This document shows, in pieces, positions 56,491 to 64,000 of a DNA stretch of 64,000 nt (positions are counted from its first letter, which is position 1; each line of letters begins with the position of its first letter). A program made the position numbers and the translations under genes. The notes under the pieces were generated by a model, which saw only the letters and a program-made list of their open reading frames with translations, made no database searches and was not told the origin of the DNA. The stretch is from Eledone cirrhosa (lineage: Eukaryota): NCBI GenBank assembly GCA_964016885.1, contig OZ024740.1, forward strand, positions 189,224,001 through 189,288,000, read 5' to 3'.

Positions 56491-58466
56491 CTTAGACAAT
56501 ATTTTGGTTTTTACAAGTTGAGAGATGTGCTTGCTTTCATCTCAGTGATGATGTTTATTTCAAACTCTGATTGTTCTTCTACCTAAAATTACTGCATTGA
56601 AATTTTCCATCACTTTGCATTACATGTCAGTTTTTCCATGTTCTATAACTACATGGGCACTTCCCTGTTTTATAGCGATTGTTTTTTTTTCATTATAAAT
56701 ATTTCATATTTTCAAACTATCACATCTTTCTAATTTCTGATGGCGACAGATTTGTATTGGGTTATGACATAATGTATTCCTTGAGTTAACTCTGTTTTCA
56801 TGTTACCATCATCACTTTTCCCATCAAAACCGACCACCACCACCACCATCAACAACAAACTTCTTTTTTTTCCTTATCATGATCATAATCATCACATTAT
56901 GGCAATATTATATGAAAGGCATGGAAAACTGATAAAGGAAAAAAACAAGTTATTTAATCTCTATGGTAATTATCGATTGTCTTTTATCTCCAACAAACTA
57001 CAATAAATAAGCAGATACTTTTTATATTTATTTTTAAGACCAGTTGTTATTGTTTTGCATTTTGTTATATTCTCAATTCAGTTTGAGATTCAGTTTTTAC
57101 ATATTCCGTTGTGATTTCCTATTCCTAGGATTAGATAGAAATAATGTGAATGAAATATTCATATAGAAACAAAGCATATTCATATAAGAAATGATAGGAA
57201 AAATCATATCAACTAAAAATGAAATGAAACAGCTATTTACCACCCTATGCACCAAGAAAAAGAAAAAAATGAATTATTTTCTTTTTAGTTTCTGTTTATC
57301 CATGAATTTTAGTTATAGCTTAGATGTTGTTAAGATGTTAGCTTTGTACAATATCAAATGGAATGAAACAGATATTGTCAAAGAAACAAATTTGGATGAT
57401 TACAAGAACTTTTAGTAACTGATATTGATAACTTGGATCAATTTTAATTTTACCTTCTATGACAATTTACGTATTCATTTATTTATTTATTCATTTATTT
57501 ATTACCCTATTGTTAAAGTGAGTTTTAAATGCAAATCAAAGGAAAAGTAAGATGTTTACAAATAAAAATAAAACTGTTTTATTACTTTAGTCTGTGGCTG
57601 TCACTTCATGCATTTCTAATATTAAATCCTTAAAAAATTGAACAACAACGTTATGAATTTTATTAGTGATTTTATGGGGTGATAATATTTCGTTTTCTTT
57701 TGATTATTAAAACCTGTTTTAGATTGAGGGTAGTGAGGAAAATAGCATGTATAAATACCTAAAAGTTGGATGTAATATCATGGTTGTGTGGTTAAATTTC
57801 TGGTTATACTTTATATAGACGATTTCAAATATTTGTCATTGAATGAGCCCATGGGTATTTCTAACTATAGTTGATAAAATAAGATCAATTATGGTTGGAT
57901 GATGTCAGAATGTTTATCCAATTGTGAAATGTTTGCTTTTGTCAATTTGTGAATTTGTGCAATCATGTGAATTCTCAAACAATCCAACCAATTGGAAAAC
58001 AATTTAAAATATTGGAAAATTGACATAAAGTGCTAGAGGAAAAAAATGATACAATAATTTAAGTAATTTGTAACTGAAATAATCTATCAATATAATTCAT
58101 TAGCACAAGCAATAGAACATTGAATGAAAATATTATACAGTATTTAACTGCAATCCTTTATATTCTGTGTTCAAAACCCATGGAAGACTGACTTTACCTT
58201 TCATCTCGTCTCTACTCTCTAGAGCTATTACTTAAGTACTAAGGTTAACTTCAGGAAATTAACATACCTCACAAAAAGGTAAATAAAAGAAAATCACATC
58301 TTGTGATAATGATAGAAGCCAATAGAGTATATTGGTTGAGTAAGTACAGTATTGCTTCTTTGAACGATAAGTGAAGTACAGGGCCATATTTTGCTACAAT
58401 TTGGGTAAGAAAATTAAAAAGAACTATTATTTTTTATATTAATATTAATGTTAATGATAATGAATA

Positions 58467-58521
<55 letters not shown>

Positions 58522-60457
58522 GTAAAATTTTTGATGGCTTAGTGTTAAAGAATAACATGTAATAAAGGTATATTTTTAAAAATGAGGCCTTAAAGCTATA
58601 ACTTATTTAGCTTATATGTAAGTCTAACAATGGTGAATAACTTGAATCCTTTCAATATAGGGAACACATTTGCTGGGAATTGATTAAATCTACTCAAGTT
58701 CATAGCTAGTTTTCTAGTTCCAGCAGGATAAAGGAAAATTCAAATATGGCAGAATTTGAAAGTCATCATCATCATCCCCATCGTCCTCATTATCATCACC
58801 ACCATCTTCATCACCCCTCCTGCTACTCCTCCCCTTCTTCGTCTCCTCCTCATCCTCTTCTTCTTCTTCTTCTTCTTCTTCTTGTCTAGGCTGATGTAAG
58901 TTGGTTTGTTCATTCCCATCCAAGTCATTTCTTATTCAGTTTTAATGTTCTCCTACATAGGTTAGAAACCCAACTTCATTTGGTTAGTCAATTTTTGTAT
59001 TGGTATCTGTAGCTGGATACTTCTAGTATCAACCATTTTACAGTGTGTACTGAGTGTATTCAAAATTGACAGCACTACTAAGGAAGTTGTCATGTCTTTG
59101 ACAAAACTAAAGAGTCCTCTCTACCCTAACTTCTCTTTATTCACATACCAATCTTTCTTTGAAACTAATGTCCTTTTTTCAGTTAACATAATGTTGGCAT
59201 CACAGCTACATTATATGATAATAAAACCCATCTTACCTTTGGATTAAGAATAACAATATTAGAAAAGTTAGCATCTTGCATACTACATTTACCAAAATCA
59301 TCAAAAGAAGTTCCCTTGTACAATTTCCAACACCTAAGCCAGCATAGAACATTGTTACGCATTAATTTTTCCAACAGAAATCATATTAATAGGGTTAGTA
59401 TCTATTATTTTCCTTTCATGTATACTTTAAATGTGTCAGACTAGCTTCAATTATCATTGTGTAATGCGTAATTGAAACAAAAATTTTGTGGCTTAACACC
59501 AACTACAAACATTGCTTTGAGAAATAGAAATGAAACACATGAAAGTGTTATTTTGGTTTTCGTTGATAACTCGAGGCTAACAGAATGGTGACGTCTATAT
59601 TATTTGATAACTTCTTTTGTGTTCCTCTTTGGAAGAGGCAAAAAAAAAAAAATTAAATACTGGTTCTTGGCTAATGTATTTTCTGTTGTGTCATTTTAGT
59701 GTAAATTTATTGCTGCAGCTTCTAGTTTATATTTAGCAGATTTCTTTTGAATTGGTCACCCACCTAAATAAGAGTGGAATGCAGACACTGCTTAATCGCA
59801 TTCATTTCATTGGATATACTGTTTTTTTTTGTTTTTTTTGTATACTGTAATTGGGTAGGGCAAGTTGAGTTAGCATCTGCTTGGAAAATGTGGAATGCTA
59901 TTTTATACCTGTGGGAAATCAAAGAAAATTAGATATAATTTTACTCCTCTAATCATTAATTTGCAAAATAAATTAAGTGGATGGTTTGAATGACAAGGTT
60001 ATACTTCTCTTCTGCAAAATTTCTGTAATCAAGTAGTTTTAAAAATATATATGTAACTATAGAAACAACATCTTTTACACTATACACTAAGGAGAGGTTT
60101 ATAGGAGAATTAACAGATATTGTCAAGCATGCGGTACATGGGAATAATCTGAGGATCAGGTTTTCTGTTAAGTTTTAATAATAAGGATTTCTAAAATTGT
60201 GGGGAAGAACTATAATAAATTTCAAGGATTTTATATTTATCTCATACATACTTATCCATCGTTGAAAGGCAAAAAGCAATGTCAACCCAGGTGGAATTTG
60301 AGCATATAATATAAAGGAGCCATAATGTAAATACCAGAAGGTATTAAATACAGCCATATTCATTCTATTATCCAATGGCTAGTGATAACATTGTTAATTG
60401 TATCACAAGGGACATAAGGGGACAGTAGAAGAAAAATTACCTAGGGATAATGATAAT

Positions 60458-60752
60458 AATTGTTTCTACTTTTGGCACAAAGTCAGCAATTACCCAGTAC
60501 ATTACTGGTACTTTATTTTATTGACCCCGTAAATAATGATTTCTAATTTAGGTACAAGGCTAACGATTTGGGGGAAGGGGAAATTCGATTTAAAACAACC
60601 CTATTAATTGTCTGGTACTTTATTTTATTAACCTTAGATGGATGAAAGGCAAAGTTGATGCAAGAAGTGTTTGAACTTACAATTTAAAGACCTGGAACTA
60701 ATTACTACAAGGCATTTTCTTTGATTCTCTACCAATTCTGCCATTCCACCAC
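60458..60752 (-). mobile_element. Two adjacent SINE family B copies
   Basis: Family motifs. Confidence 0.75.
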
Positions 60753-61314
60753 TCTTCAGCCAATCTAATGGTTTTAATCAGGAATCATATATGCAAAATT
60801 GATCCTTAAAATAGAAAATGACTTGGGGATATATAAATGTTGGTGATGGTTGTAGTAGTAGCAGTAGTAGTGGTGGTGGTGGTGGTGGAGGAGGTGGTAT
60901 TTTATCTCTAAATCTGCTCTGAATGAGATCTATGTTCAAAATCATTGTGTAACTTGGACTACACTAGCCAATGATGTGTTCCTTCTTTTAGGATCATACG
61001 CTGTATAATTTGAGGATGCTTTATATGTTATTTCTAGCATGTAAAGCAACCATATACAAACTACCTTGTTTTTGTTGCCATAGTAGTTATAGCTATGGCT
61101 GCTGCTGCTTCATTAACTAGTTTTTCATCAATGTTTGTCAGATATAAATGCATATATATATATATATATCCCAGCATGGCCTCAGCCAGATGGCTGGAAC
61201 AGGTAAAAGAGCAAAAGCGTAATTATCATCATCATTATTTTACGTCAGCTTTTCCCTGCTTGCAAGGGTTGGACCATATATATGTATATTATAAACAAAC
61301 ACATTTTAGTCATA

Positions 61315-61475
61315 ATTGTTTCTACTTTAGGCACAAGGCCAGCAATTACCCAGTGCATTACTGGTACTTTGTTTTATCGACCCCGTAAGGATGAAAGGCA
61401 AAGTCAACCTCGGCGGGATTTGAACTCAGACCGTAAAGCATGGCGTCTGACCCTCTACCTATACTGCCAATCCAT
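61315..61475 (-). mobile_element. SINE family B
   Basis: Close match to 38121-38305, with an internal deletion. Confidence 0.85.
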
Positions 61476-62424
61476 AGTCATAATGATATTTAGTAATATA
61501 TAAGACTCATTCCATTACAGAACAGTGTAAATGTATATTTGAATAATTTATTAATTTGAAATAAACAATGGTTGAGGTCTAACGGTGTAAAAGACATCAG
61601 TTTTAATTCTGGTGTAGGTGTGATGTGCCTTCCTGTATCACATTCACTTGATTTGTTAAAAAGAAAAATTGGTTATAGCTCTTACTCTGATGGTGAATAG
61701 CTGAGATAACCTCTGGTTATAAAATAGATGCTTCAATAATAAATGAGAATTCACAGAACTAGCAATCACAGTAAAAGCTACACAAAGAAATAAGTGTCTG
61801 TGTTGTGGAGAGATACTGATTAATGTGATAGAAAACAACTAACTGGAAGCTTTTCAAAGTACATTACATCATTCATCTGAGTTCAAATCTTACTTGCATC
61901 AATTTTCCTTTTCTATACCTGTAATTAATTATGTACCCTGTAGTATACTCATATAAATTGCTACACTCTGCTGTTCTAAAGAATTAACCTGCTGCTAAAT
62001 CAAAAGAAATAAATATTACTGTGTACATAGGATGAGAGTATGTTTCTTAAGATCATAATAGTGTGAAGGTTGTAATTATTGTTAAGCCGAAGGTCAACTC
62101 TAATTGAGTTGACCTATGATCAAAAGTGTTCCAGATATCTCCATCATATATATTTTTTTCTTTTTCAGACATCAGATAATATTATATTATCTGATATAGC
62201 TATAGTTGACATTTTTTAAGATGATGATGTGTGATTAAAATGAGATTTAGTTACTATCTCTACCAGGTTGAAGAATCATGTAAAAGCTGTCTTTGATTAC
62301 TGAAGATATATGAATAGATAGCAAATGTATTGCCAGTAACAATGTTTCTGCATATCAAACCAATTTAAAAAGCAACAACAAAAAATAACCCTCTGTAGTA
62401 AAAGATCAGACATACACAGATTAA

Positions 62425-62775
62425 CCCTTTTGATAATATATTTCTCATGAAAAATACTGCCTATGGTTTTCAAATAATGTTCAAAATAATCAGGTGGTAT
62501 TTAGTAATATAATAAACATTTTCATTATTAAGCTTTGCCTTCCATCCCAACAAGTTTGATAAAATAATCTACAAGTAATACACTAGGGTCAATTTATTTA
62601 ACCTTCCACTCCCCCCGAATTGTTGGCCTTGCGCCTAAATCGGAAGCCATTATTAAGATGGTGTTTGAAACATAACTTAACATTTTCTGACATAAACTTA
62701 TTAATGAAGTTCTTGATTGAAATAACAACTTTTAGAAATATACAATCAATTTCTGTCAGTTTGTTATCAGAAGGG
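62425..62775. mobile_element. piggyBac-type MITE with a nested SINE B fragment (62533-62647)
   Basis: TTAA|CCCTTTTGATAA ... TTATCAGAAGGG|TTAA; nested SINE flanked by CATTATTAAG direct repeats. Confidence 0.8.
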
Positions 62776-63837
62776 TTAAAGACATGACTCATAGTTTCAA
62801 CTTGTAATGACTATCTAATATCAATGTAATATAATATGCATATTGACTGTAACTAGTTATTTAATATGATCAGTTGATCAATACTTTTTTTTATTTTTTG
62901 ACATTATAGACAATCCAAATTGGAGTAGATAGGGACGATGAAAGGGGGATAGACAGACATGTTAGTTAGGCTTAAGTGTGTCAAATAACTAGTTAGTTGA
63001 AAGGAACAGAGGCCATTGTAATAGTGATAAAAGAGGAAGTGGGATGTGATAAGGGGACAGCATAACTGCAGGCCAGAGTTGGTATTGTTTGTCTCTGAGT
63101 AATTCTCAATCAATATGACAGCCTTCTGATGAATATGGTCTTGGATATTTAGATATGTTTAACAACAACATGGTCAGTGATCATAACAGAGAAGTCCTGA
63201 AGTAGATAACAAGTGAAATCTTATTAATGTGATTCATTACTGTTTGTGTCATAACAATAAATAAATGTTAATTAAGATATAAACAGAATCTAAATAAAGT
63301 GTGTGTGTGTAGTGCGTTTGATAAGAGAAGCAAAGAAAATACAATTTAGAACTAAACTATGTCATTTTACTAATGAAACAAGAGATATATGATATATATG
63401 AAATCAAAGAATAATGTAACTGTAGAACATATATCGATTGGGAAACAAAATTAATGTTATTCTTATTCTTATTCTCATTGTCATTGCTGTTGATGTTGTT
63501 CAAACTCTTAATTAACACACAAATTTATTCAAGTTTACAAACCAAAATTGTCATTTCTATTTACACACACATACACACAGAGGCACATACACACATATAC
63601 ATGTACGTGTATATATATATATATATATATATGTACCACCCTTGCAAGCAGGGAAAAGCAGACATAAAATGATGATGATGATGATTTGTGTGTAAGTATA
63701 TCATCATCATCATCATAAATGTACACATTTTGTGTGTAAGTATATATATAATGTTAATACAAACATATATCAAATATTTATGCTCTGCTATGTATTGAGT
63801 TCTATATTTACTGTGGTTACCCCCGATTGAACCAAGG

Positions 63838-63876
<39 letters not shown>

Positions 63877-63890
63877 CATACATATATATA

Positions 63891-63985
63891 TAATGTAAAG
63901 ACTCTTTTCCTACTATATCAAGCATTACACTATCTTTATTGTACTGTATCGTTCGCTGTGTTTTCTTCTGTTTGCTTTTTGCATA
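63891..63985 (+). mobile_element. 3' fragment of the 33.6/45.8-kb hammerhead element, starting at the ribozyme's 3' edge
   Basis: AATGTA-AAGACTCTTTTCCTACTATATCAAGCATT aligns with AACGTT-AAGAATCTTTTCTTACTATATCAAGTATT. Confidence 0.65.
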
Positions 63986-64000
63986 CACACACACACACTC

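Overview
AT-rich, microsatellite-saturated animal DNA. The SINE, RTE and microsatellite landscape suggests an octopod cephalopod (inference). I found no convincing host coding exon; almost all ORF-track entries are translations of (TA)n, (GA)n or (TTC)n repeats. Real coding remnants are RTE-clade LINE pieces (21.1-23.5 kb, 52.3-52.9 kb), an R4/Dong-type restriction-like endonuclease fragment in a (TAA)n tract (36.3-36.8 kb) and a near full-length DD37D/maT transposon (49.1-50.3 kb). Non-coding elements include two abundant SINE families, mariner- and piggyBac-type MITEs and a Helitron-like end. The main unexpected signal is about 15 intact, variant or decayed hammerhead-ribozyme motifs in at least 6 short non-coding element families, mostly inside (TA)n tracts. 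They include a 451-nt tandem unit with one hammerhead per unit (retrozyme-like) and several head-to-head foldback palindromes whose ribozymes face outward. All structures were folded by eye; cleavage and expression are untested.
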